Source of the DNA: Lytechinus pictus
Taxonomy: Eukaryota
Reading direction: 5' to 3'
Assembly: GCF_037042905.1 (NCBI RefSeq)
Contig: NC_087245.1
Span: forward strand, 21,826,001 to 21,890,000
Length of the DNA: 64,000 bases
Shown here: one piece after another, positions 52,459 through 64,000 of the stretch
Layout: each line of letters starts with the position of its first letter
Position numbering within the stretch: position 1 is the stretch's first letter
The notes under the pieces: generated by a model
Told to the model about the DNA's origin: nothing
Database searches by the model: none
What the model saw: only the letters and a program-made list of their open reading frames with translations
Made by a program: the position numbers and the translations under genes

Positions 52459-53730
52459 TAATGAGTAAAGGAGGAGTAGCGTATGGATGTGCAAGAGCGC
52501 CATCATTCATCAAATATACACTAGTTTATGATTTTCTACCATCTGAAATTCGTTTGACAGAATAAGCAGTTGAGTTCTTACTTATGAAAATTATGGAAAT
52601 TACAGTATTTTCCCGCTGTATTCAAGCACTTTGAAATCTGTAGTTTTGGTGAAGTTAAGTTTGTTTATTAATTATTGGTCTCCCTTTTCGCACTTTCCTC
52701 ATAATTATTGATTTCCTTCTGTTTTCAATCCGCTGATAAAGCCTGTACTGTTTACACCATTTCTTCAATGTGTGTAAAATACAATTAACTTTTAAACTCA
52801 CATTTGGAAGGGGAACGAAATGTATGAGAGCGTACGATATATTTATGCTAAATGTATCATGTGATTGATCTCAAACCCGTTTACCTGAAAGAAAAGGGAG
52901 AAACTTCTTGTTTTGTGAAACCATTCTTTTTTAAAATCATGCTACTATTACAATATCTTCTTTCCAGATCTGAAACAATTGGAATAAAAGTAATAGAACT
53001 GATAAAGTAATGTTATATGCGTCCTTCTTTTGATTTGAACACTTATATTAATGCAGATCTACATTCTTACAAATGAACTCACTGAGTTAGGAGCGGTCTA
53101 GCGGAACAATAGACAGAACGATTGTGCCAAAATCCAGATTTAAGTCTTAACATAACTATAAAAAAAACCTCTAACCAGATATTTGCATATTTTTATTCAT
53201 CGAGGTCAAACAATTGGGGCTCCTGTATCATCACTCTGTTTGTGTATGCTCTAAGATTTATTGAGAATCTTTTCGCCTTTCGTTAGAGCTTGCCAGTCCA
53301 TTATGTTTAGCTTGTGAAAGAAACGGTGGTATGCATGAAATACGCGTGTTTCCATGCAAGGGTTTTGCCTGTTACGGTACCCCTTTCAATGAGTCAGGGT
53401 TTATTTAAATACTCTCTATATACAGGGGGCCCCTGGAAATATGATTCAGTTCAAGAATGGGTGCCTGCTGTCTGGTATATCACAAAGAAAATATTATTTT
53501 TATTCAGGCTTGCTTGCTTTATAGAATAGGAGCGACGGTAAAGCTACAGTAAAGAAAACCACAAGACATCCTGATGCAAATGACAAGCCAGGATTAAGCC
53601 TTTCTTGATTCCCCTCTGTGCAAGTTATCGAAGGGGGGCTTCGGGGCAGGGGGTTACCGCCCCATGATCTAATTATTTACATTTTCATTCAATCATTCCT
53701 TGATCCCCATCCATTATCCTAAGGATGATA

Positions 53731-53866
53731 TAATAATAATGATAATAATAATATTCCGCATTTATATAGCGCTTAACACATCGGAACGACGTCTCTAAGC
53801 GCTTTACAGATATATTATTACCCCGGTCATCGGATCCTTGCATGCCCGCATACAATGTATGCACCT
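53731..53866 (-). mobile_element. 5'-truncated copy of the 39151 SINE
   Basis: Near-identical reverse complement of 39374-39489, plus a (TAA)n tail. Confidence 0.9.
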
Positions 53867-56800
53867 ATGCAAGTTATCGCTATGAAGGGAGAGGGGGCAT
53901 GATTTAAATCAAGAAAAAAGAGGAGAGGGAAAAAAAATTTAAGAAGAAAAAAGGGGGAAAAATTAGGTGTATTCAAATAAGGTGTATTCTCTTCCTGATA
54001 TAATACGATACAGATCAGCATGCGAACCCATCGGGGAAAACCGTTGCCGAGAGATACAGTCTATGAATTGCAGTTTTCTCACTCTACTTCTCAAATATTG
54101 TCAAACTATGGTTTTCTTTGCCCATTCCCGATGAGAGGAAATCATAATTGCTGGGATGTCGCTATAAATACCCAAATTAAACGCACCGCCCCACCTGATC
54201 AGATGCCAATTCTGCATGCATTTCCCACCAAGTTAGTGTTCTACTTATAGCATCGTGCGGATTTTGTAACACTCCATGATGGATCGAACGAGTGTTCATA
54301 ATATAGCAACAGAGTTGTCCTAGAAGTTATTTCAAGTGAGTAGGCACGAAGAAAAAAAGATCGGCCGACGAAACCCTGTCATCTTGACCTTGTGCGTCCT
54401 TTCTGCCATTGTACCGCTTTGCAAATAATGTTGCTATTGCTTCCATTTATCTTATTTAATTAGGAATACATTCCGTAACAAACAAGAAATATCAGATTAT
54501 GCACTGATTTTAAATGACTAGTGGCTTAGTGGTAAGACAAGCGACCTCACGATTAGGAGACCCGGGTTTCGTTGAAATCAAACTTGTTACAATTGAAAGT
54601 ATAGAATCATCAACCTCAATACCAAGTATTTTATATAATTATGAACTATATATAACACGACATCTGTACTCAAGCATTAAAACAAATCAAATTTTAAATT
54701 GGGCAACTAGCAAAGAGCACATATTTCTCTCGTATAGCATCTGAATTCACTTTTCTTCTTACAACATTTTCAAGAGCAGACAACAATTATTAGGGACATA
54801 AGTCTATCTTTTCTTGCAATTATTTGATATGTTCATGTCAGCGACTGTGTGTTTTAAGACTATTTGGCCGATATTTGCCGAGAGAGACCCGATCTTGTCT
54901 CCGGAAATAAAGGAAACTCGTGGTCTGAGGACAGCAAGTATGTTGCCAAGTCACACTTCAAGTTATAAAATACCATTCAATACGCTTTGGACCCCATGTG
55001 AAGACTTGTTAGAACTTTTTTTATTGGCAATCATGATTTCAGTAACTGGAGATTTTCTGTTTGCTAAAATCTTGCCATCTTAGCTTTATAAGTATTATTT
55101 CATTGACATTAATTTGATGCAGTTCTGTAATCCTGTACTTTGTAAAATGTTTTAATACACTCCCAATCCAGAGGTCTTTTTTCAGGAACTCATTTTCTTC
55201 ATTGATTTATTCAATACGTCATATTAAAAAAATAGTTTCGTCAGGTCTAGTACAAAATTCGGTATTTCTATTTGGTATACTGCCAAAATTAAAGATTTTG
55301 GTGAAGAAGAATTCTGTTAAGATATTAAAAAAAAGTAGTAACGAATATATTTTTCTTCAAATAGAATAATCATCTGTCGATGTCACTTGTGTTGCTTGAC
55401 TTGCAAATAAATAATTTGACCCATGGAAACCTTAGCCATATTCTAAGAACATTCGTCGGCGTCCTCTACCGTATCAAAAAGAAGTGTTGCGTAGTTATCA
55501 CTTCATAACCTTGCCCTTTTTGGAATATTTCCTAGCTCACTTTACCCTAATCAACGAATCAAGAAAGTTTGTTCCTCCGCAAAGACCCATTTTCACTAAC
55601 TTAAATTATATTATCTATGGTAAAAAATTTAGTTATCAGTTATAGTTAAATTAGTTAAAAGAAAATGCTGCTTTTAAGTACTATGGGGAAGGCCTAACAT
55701 TTGAAAGTGGATGCAAGACAGTTCTAGGGGATGTAAATAAAGTGAATGTAGCGAAATGCAACAAGGTTTAAAATTTTATTAGAATATTCACACATCGCAG
55801 CACATTGTGACTTGTACACAATGTAGAAATCCCTGTAGCAATGAAGTGACTTTTACAGACAGGTCGGCGGGGAAAAAAAGGATTACAGGATCCAAGGTGT
55901 TTTTTTTTGTCAGACTCACACAATCACTGTGAACTCTTCTAGGCCTTCTAAAGGTGAACCAATTAAACAAGCTTCAAAAACATTTCTTAGAGATATAAAA
56001 TCGATTTAACGAAATTTGATGGTTTACAATAGGGGGTGCTGGTTTGGAAGAAAAAAATTGACAAGCCAAAACGAATGTGATTTTGGTCAGGAAATATTTG
56101 ACAAGTAAAAAAATAAAAAAGGGAATTTTCACTAAAAAATTAAAGAGAATTTGGTAATTTTTTTATTTTTTAGCATAGCAAACGGAGATTCCCAGGGGGT
56201 ACTGTCTATTGTGTATAACACACGCAGCACCCCCCTGACAAAACTTGAGAGGTGCTAAAGCTCCCCCAGCACCCTTGGGAAGCGGGACATGTTGTGAATG
56301 CGTCTAAGGTTTATTGGGGGCCTCTAAATATTTGTACATGGTATCATGCATATGTACGTTGATCATCCGGGAGAGGGGTCTGAAAAAAGGGGGAGGGATA
56401 CATTGTGATCGGTCTATGAATGGCAATTACAGTTGATCCATTGGACGTGATCAAAGTCAGTCTGATAAACGAGACTAACATTGTGGCGGAAGCCCGAGTC
56501 ACTAAGGTCAGAAACTACCCCTTCCCGTCTTTTTTCCCCGTGGGGTGAAGGGGGAAAAGACAGATGTCGGGACATAAGGGTGTGTAGGGTGCGATTGACA
56601 CGGATGTAAGCTCAACCTAATTCACTTCTCATTTGCCCTAACGGCAGGGGATGGTTTATCATAGAACCGTGGAAGGCTGAATTATTCCCCCTTCTCTATC
56701 TCCTAGACGAATGGCTGCAAGAGGCCCATCTAATACCTCACCGTGCCCCCTTCCTTTGTAAGGCACAAAGTAAAGGGATCACTGTACGTCTGCGAGCTAG

Positions 56801-59052
56801 TCGGCTGGTAAAGCATAAGGATCATTGCAGCAGACATTTTAGTAGATTCCCTGTCGATACCTCCTCGGGATTGTGACAGTGAGGACAGTTCATTTGGGAG
56901 CACGACTATATCCTTTTTTTATGTTGTGTTGCCACGGAGATCTTTAACGCCCTTGAGGTAAACCTGCATTTTGAATTATATTGTGATTGTCATGTTTTTA
57001 GAAATGTTTTATTATTGTTGGCATTACATTCAAACTTTCTACAAGGTAAGGTTTTGTATTACATTTCCTGGTGTGAGAATATGAAAGACTTATTGTTTCC
57101 TCCCCTTCAGAAAAATCATCAAGTCTCTAGATTATTAGAAATAAGTCGAATTCTGCACAAAAAGGTTTTGTAGATTGAACTTTAAAGTTACGTGAAAATG
57201 AGGTACAAATTTCGTAACCACATTAATTTCCAAACAAAATTAATGTTGGTGGTTTGCAAACGAAATAAAACTTATTCAGTTTTCATTCTAGTGTAAGCAT
57301 GCAAGAGTAAGACGATTGGATTGATGGTAAAAGTAAAATGGCTTCCTGTTGGGTGTCTTTTATTCTTCAGCATGCTAGGGGGTAATTGTGTGTTTTAGAT
57401 GTAACTGATTTTGAGTCACAATAGTGTATCATCTTAATGTTACTTCCGCAATAGTCGTAAATTATGCAAATCGTATCTTAATAGAATCAGATATCGCATT
57501 TACAAACAAAGTCTATTCATAAATGTCTCATTGAATGATCATTGTGGACAATGATCTCAATATACATTGATTTATACGATAGACAAACCGATGTTTTATC
57601 TTCTGAAATAATGCACGACGTATACATTGTTTATAATTAATTACAAAGGGTTTAAAGATGATTTTTGTCATTGAAATCGTTGTTTATCATTCAATGAAGA
57701 AATGGATTAAATTGGAATTGTGATCAATTTGTATCAATATAGTAATAATTTATTATAATTTTAACTAATATAAATGTGTAAATGACTGTGACAGTACTTC
57801 TTCAAAAATAGTATTTTGTTCTTCATTTTCTAAAACATTAAGGCAGGAATTTCTGTGTTTCTATAAACAGTTAAAATGACTAAAGTTATTGTCATTAAAG
57901 TATTCTTAGGGATTATTATGAATCGGTTAATAACAGGACATGAAACATTCAAGGGTGCTCAGATTAAGTATTTTACGAGAAAAAATAGATCACCTTTTGT
58001 AAAGGTCACCTCATCATGGTTATATGAATCATGTACAAAGAGGTGACAAAAATACAAAATCTATAAAGAAACCTGATTCGATGACATTGAAATAAAATGG
58101 TTAAAGATATTATTTGTTAGATAAAATGTGTCGTATGACATGTGTGATTAGTAACTGTTCTATGTCAGCACAACTATTAAAGTTATATTTTTTACGATTT
58201 GCAACATAAAAAATCATTTTTTGCACATTGTATATAATTGCATAATGTTATACTGATTGAATTATTATAGGGCTGTGAATATTTCTACTGATATTTTACT
58301 ATTGCCTTGAAAATGTAAATAAAAATGATAACAATCAATGAATTTATACTAGTATGAACCCTTTTAAAAGATAATGTCTTTTTTGCGGTAGATATCTTAC
58401 GATATCATTTTCTATCAATATTGGTTTGAAATGGACATTATCAGCTTTGATTAGGTGAAAGGCTTTTTATAGCGTATATCGAGAGGAATTACCATTATTT
58501 AACCTTGCATCCCAACTAGTAGGTCACCATCTAATTAATTTTTGTCGGTCGCTTTCAATCATTCCCTCGTTTTAGAAAACGTGACCATAAATCACCGTTC
58601 AAACAATTAAAGGAAGCGAAACTCCCGGTAAATAGACAAATGATTAATTTTACACATTCTGAAAGCAATTTACTGTACATGAAAATATGTATTCTAACCA
58701 CTTAACTTTCTCGAAAGCCAATTTTAAACTTGGGTCTATATTATTATGTTCTACTATGGTAATCAAAATGGATGGCAGCTCTTTTCACGACCGGGGTGAC
58801 GAGACTAGCAACATGGAGGGGTCGGTTCCGACGTACCCCAAATAAACTTTTAGAGGGAATGTAGCGACCGAGCGAGAAAATTCATGTCATGTAAGCCAGA
58901 AATGATGTAGGCCCTTGTTGATTATTTATTCATCTCAGAGACATTGTAATTACATGTGTGTATACAAGATTTAAAGTAAATCTATTGTACTGAGTACAAT
59001 TGCATTAAAGAGCAATTTCTGATTAGTCTGAAAATAGATAATTCCTTTTGTC

Positions 59053-59083
59053 ATGCAAATGCTGTATGGTCTAAACATGGAAG
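59053..59083 (+). CDS. Candidate alternative first coding exon, MQMLYGLNME + G (phase 1)
   Basis: Three in-frame ATGs (last one aacATGg). Donor AAG|GTGAGA at 59084. A perfect X-box lies at 59217. Confidence 0.3.
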
Positions 59084-59216
59084 GTGAGAACTTATAGGAT
59101 TAGTTTACTCTAAAGCTGTTTATATGGGATATTTCCGTCAGAGCACAGAACTTAGTGACAATGAAAACTTCAGGGGTGAAACAGGGGTTAATTTATCAAA
59201 CTTTATTTCATCATCC

Positions 59217-59230
59217 GTTGCTATGGTAAC
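59217..59230. promoter_or_regulatory. RFX X-box
   Basis: GTTGCTATGGTAAC, a full consensus match. Confidence 0.55.
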
Positions 59231-59632
59231 ATTAGAATAGAGACAGTCCACATTTTTAACCATTGATAGTTTTTTTTTTACTTTCTTTCTCTGCACTGTC
59301 ATTCAGTGATTTGAATATGACATTGGATTTTGTAAAAATGAATTTTAATTCGAATGTTATTCGTATTAAGCATGTTATTGAGCATGATTTTTTTTTCCCA
59401 ATTTCAAACATGACAACAGTTTTCTTTCAATTTGTACTTATACATCCTAAACGTTGGCAGTTTGCCATTACTTGAGTTCTTCTTGTCCCTTTTCTTTCTT
59501 TATTTCTTTCTTTTTGGCATTTTGTTTATCAAAGTCAATCAACAAAATCACATTTCTAACAATTTAAAAGGATATGCAGCAAGATTTTGAAAAATCGATA
59601 CTAAATGTATCTGAATAATATATATATATATG

Positions 59633-59681
<49 letters not shown>

Positions 59682-59994
59682 TATATATATATATATATAT
59701 ATAGTTCTAATTCCTTTAGAAATATACAATTCATACCAGTCAATTTAGCCACAAAGAGAAGTATTATTAGCAAATGTGTTATGTGTTCCCATTGTACTAT
59801 TTGATACACTGAAATGAGTTTATGGAATATCGTTCAACAAGCTGAACGTATTTTTATAAAGCAAAACGCAAACATAAACAGGAGGCAAAATCAATTAAAT
59901 GAAAAGGAAGCTGCAAGTGAAATTGGTTAGCTCTAGGAATATACTCCCAATTACTCCCGAGGCTCTCCTAGTCTTGCAAAATGATGTTGGCCCT

Positions 59995-60280
59995 TGATGA
60001 TAATGGCGGTGATTTTAAAATAATGATGTTGATGAAGGTAATAAAATTAACAATAATGTGAATAACAATAATAATAATATTGATAATAATTAAAATAATA
60101 GTAATAATGATAATAATAAAAATACTATTATGAATAACAATAATGGTGATAGTAATAATAAAACTTTTACTACTAATAAAATAAAGATAGTCATAGTGAT
60201 GATGATGATGATCATAATCATAACAGTCATCATCATCTTTACCATCTTCATTACCAGTCTTCATATCTTCATAATCATCA
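59995..60280. repeat. Degenerate (AAT)n then (GAT)/(CAT)n low-complexity tract
   Basis: Read directly from the sequence. Confidence 0.85.
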
Positions 60281-62172
60281 GGTTTTAAATGCATTGAACT
60301 AGCCCAGTTTTTAAGGAAAGTATTGAAGGAGAGAAGCAAAATGAGATTGAAAAAACATACTATCATAGACACAGGATTCATGTTAACTGGTAAAGATTCT
60401 GACAAATATAACACCTTGTTTTGCTCTTCTGATAGGGCTGGTATTGGTATGCCCTCATAATAATAAAACAACATTTTCTTCCTGTTGTAACGTTTTACAA
60501 TGATGAAAATTCATACGGTCTAGTAGTATTTTTATTCATAAAATGATATTTTTTATGAAATTCATCGTTGAATTTCATAAAAAAGAGTCAAACATGATCA
60601 CCTCATTGATCCCTAATTCAATTGCCAAAAAAGCACGTTGATGAGCACAATAATTCATTGTCTGACATCTGTTTCCGGGTAAAGCAAAATGTCTTGTGAG
60701 TGAAATGGGATAGTAGTAGCAATTTGTTAATGAGTTGATCCGGATGCACATGGGAGGAATATAATCCCTCAAATTATTATCGGAAATGTCAGATTTGGGA
60801 GAACCCAGTCGAAAAATCGATTATATTACGTGTTGCTAGGCAGTCAATGTTGTATTATCTATAGCGCGTAGAACATATAAGCTTTGTGCAACATTGTTCA
60901 TTGGAAACTCATAAAAAGCAGATTCACAGAAATTATACATTGATCATAGATAACATGTCACTTTTTATCGAAGAAGCGTTGCTTTATGGAGTGTTTTCTA
61001 TTCATACTATCGAAATGTTTTCGACGCATCATAAGAACAAATGTTCAACTGTAATCTCAAATATAAAATGACAAGCTATGGGACCATGTTAGCATGGTTA
61101 GATCAACCTGCAATAGAAAAATAAATATTTTATTTGAAAGACCCGTTAACCTCTCAAAATTTACAATATCTGGCATTTTAGGACCAAAATTACTCATCTC
61201 ATTTCACATTTTTCAATATCAAGCCCTCGTATCATTATTATTGGTATTCACTAGGCATTGTTTTAACAAGCAATCAGTTATTGAAATGCAGTCGTTTATT
61301 TAAAAAAAAAACCCTGAAAAACCCTAAAGCTACAGATTTAATTTTGGGGCACTGTTAAATAAAAATGGGGTGCCAATTCTGTCAAAAAATGTCATCTCCG
61401 AATTAAGTGTTTTTACACATAGTTGAGCATTACTGTATCAATGTTTTTGTCAATAAGTACACTTATGTATATTCAATAAACCAAGAATATTCACTTCACC
61501 AAAATCCACTTATTTTTCAGACAGTTCACGTTCCAATGTTGTCAAATCTATTTCTGTCCAAATATGTCTTCTCCAAAAATTGAACAATTGACAGAACATG
61601 TAATCAAAAGCTTGTATGTAGTACAAAACAACGCCAAATATCGGGGGGGGGGGGTGGGTAGTGAAACATAAATAGAGAGCATTATGTTGTAATATACATG
61701 AGGTAAGGGTTGGGTATGGAGACAGGTGTTGAGACTGACAAATACAGGACTCATTATTACACATGAACGTCACTTCATGATAGGTCTATAAATGCAACCC
61801 AATAAAAAGTTAAACATTTATCATCCTCGGTAAACGAATGTCTAAAGTCTTTGATTTTGCATAATGTTGTACAGAATGCACAATTATTGTTTGTTAGTCT
61901 TATTACAAATGATAAAGTCATGTTCATTAATTTCCCTTTAGCTTAAGATGCCAGTCTTCTCTTAGCTCATTCAAAGTGCCTTTCCGTAAATGGCAATGGA
62001 TTCTGATTAGTTAACCGATGCTAATTGTAATTAATAATCACTTATTTTCAGGTATTATTTATTGCAAATCATAAAGCGCTTAGAGAAACTTTAATCGACG
62101 CAATGTAAACATTAAATCATTTGTATTATTTGACAAAAAGGCATCTCAAACCTAGCTACCAAAATCAGTTTA

Positions 62173-62696
62173 TAATAATGATAAATAATATAAGATTTGT
62201 ATAGCACACGTATCCACCTTGCTCCACTGTAATAAAATGTGTAAAATTTTAACCAGCACGAGGGTAATTATGTGTCCAACCAATTTAGGGCAGTATTTTA
62301 CCCAATGCGGGAAGCATATTGTCCAGTAAGGTTAACAAATAAGCAATTGCTTTAGAAGGGGCAAAATTTTCATCACACTGGATAAATAAAAATGCCCCAA
62401 AGAAATGCCCAATGTTGATTGGATACATAATAACCCTCATGGGGGAGTTTTACCCAATATTTTTTTAGAGTGTAGGTGCTCAAAGCGCTCCTATATTACC
62501 CCGGCTAAGCTAGTCTACCGATTCCGATGCACAACTTTTTGAGAAATTACTTCCTGCCGGTACCCATTTACCTCACCTGGGTTGAATGCAGCACAATGTG
62601 GGTAAATTTCGTGTTGAAGGAAAACACGCCATGGCTTGGAATCGAACCCACGTCCTTCAGATTGAAAGACGAGAGTCTTAACCACAAGACCAAGAC
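62173..62696 (-). mobile_element. tRNA-derived SINE interrupted by a MITE
   Basis: Reverse-strand B box (GGAATCGAACC at about 62638) and A-box region at about 62680-95. GGTACCCATTTACCTCACCTGGGT core. The tail is split at 62224/62473. Confidence 0.8.
62225..62472. mobile_element. EnSpm/CACTA-like MITE inserted in a SINE
   Basis: Termini CACTGTAATAAAAT...ATTTTTTTAGAGTG, flanks TC / TA, internal TTTTACCCAAT-type repeats. Confidence 0.7.
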
Positions 62697-63718
62697 CCCC
62701 CCCCCCCACATGTTTATGAAGTTTAGACGTCAATCTCAGATACATTCTCATATCAGTTTGTTCGACGGTTTTCTCCTTCCTAGTAACAATAGATGTCGTG
62801 CTATCATTACTTTATTACGACTGTGACTAACTGGGAGATGAAACATATTTTCTTTATGGACTCATGGAACTTTTTTATTCAACTTTATTCTAAAATGTAA
62901 AAAATGTTCCCTCACCACCAGCGAAATTACGGCGTGAATGGTATCATTATAATCGATATTTTACTTAATCAGTTTTACAAATATAGGTTGAATTTCTCAT
63001 TCTTGTATGACAGGGTATAAAATAAGGAACTATTAAACAGAGAACTACATGCAGAGGAGCTATTTGATTGTTATTTCTACGACTTGTTGTAGAATTTGGC
63101 AACAGGTGATTGTGAGCGTTGGATTTTTATTATTATTTTGGAGTAAAATCGTAAAAAAGGGATTCTATAGTAATGGCATCATGAGTTTATGACCTAAAAG
63201 ATTATTTAAATAAGAATGTCAGCTACTAATTGATGTTTATCATGTTTATGGAATGTATTATTATCACAAAGTTATGAATTCAAAAAATTGAGGTATTGTT
63301 TAAGGACATAATGAAATATACCGGTACAAGGTTTAAGAATATCCTTTTCCATGTCCCATCTCTATTTTCCCCATTTCTAATATTTATGAAAAGGAAAAAA
63401 ACGACGCACAATTGGCAAGATTATTTATGTTTAATACGACGTTACCATTTAGTTGTGTCTTCAGATAGTTGCTAGTATTGTAATCACCATTATCTTTCAT
63501 CGTCATGGATATAGGGCAAGAGTTTAATGAAGCCCACCTCTCGGGGTTCTATTTAGAGGAGGTTTCGCTCGGGTGTACGCAGCTCTGACGTATGCATCTC
63601 CCTGTTTGGCCCGCTCGTCGCCGGGAAACTGCACCAGGCATTTCCCTTGGCAATTCGAGCTTGTCACGACTGGATCATGAGAACCATCCCGAAGACAACT
63701 GTCGCATAAAGGACCTCG

Positions 63719-63746
63719 TGACGTCACCAGGAAATTAGTGACGTCA
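63719..63746. promoter_or_regulatory. Tandem CRE/ATF sites at the edge of a CpG-rich patch
   Basis: TGACGTCA at 63719 and 63739, exactly 20 bp apart. GC/CpG-rich 63530-63730, with a TATA-like run just downstream. Confidence 0.45.
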
Positions 63747-64000
63747 ACAATGTATATATATTCTGGTCATTATTTATCTCATATTCTTTTGCCAGAAAAT
63801 CTGTAGGTTACATACGGGCAGTGATGAAGAATGAGAAACCTGAGTCACTATCCGGCTGGCCTACAACATGAATTATCCTCAATGAGAATACAGACCTAGA
63901 GAAACGCTTGCGTGTCCTCACATTCAATGTAGCACAGTTTCTATTATGACTCTAATCTGGTGAGGTAGTTGTGCTATGGGTGGTTGGGTCCCGGTCCTGT

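Noticed and set aside
59968..60474. Longest ORF in the track (168 aa, minus strand)
   Set aside because: It is open because of (ATT)n/(GAT)n low complexity. The same applies to 11233-11523, 16651-16995, 22535-22888 and 41662-42027.
63555..63580. RGGFARVY kinase Gly-loop-like peptide
   Set aside because: No following VAIK motif, and the frame closes within about 35 codons.
63506..63738. Possible selenoprotein ORF (MDIGQ...GCTQL-TGA-RMHLPV...) with a downstream hairpin as SECIS
   Set aside because: Spacing is CxxxU rather than CxxU, there is no family resemblance, and the ATGA...GA distance in the hairpin is too short for SECIS helix II.

Overview
AT-rich, repeat-laden animal genomic DNA. The repeat families look echinoid (sea-urchin-like); this is inferred, not proven. 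There is no long ORF, operon, rRNA, true tRNA or CRISPR array, and most ORF-track entries are chance or microsatellite-derived. The window appears to be the extended 5' region of one + strand multi-exon gene whose body lies downstream. Evidence is one convincing coding first exon (24180-24375, 65 aa then AAAG|GTAAG, phase 1), a second protein-like one (46833-46959, phase 1), several shorter ATG-to-donor candidates in the same phase, probable non-coding exons and a candidate 24-nt microexon. RFX X-boxes and CRE palindromes are interspersed. I could not identify the gene. The rest is non-autonomous DNA transposons (EnSpm/CACTA-like, hAT-like, Kolobok/T2-like, piggyBac-like, Harbinger-like, a Helentron/DINE-1-type element), tRNA-derived SINEs, nested insertions, local duplications, palindromes and microsatellites. 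The best candidate for a 'system' is an array of alternative promoters/first exons supplying variable N-termini. It needs transcript data, because such ATG-donor pairs also arise by chance.
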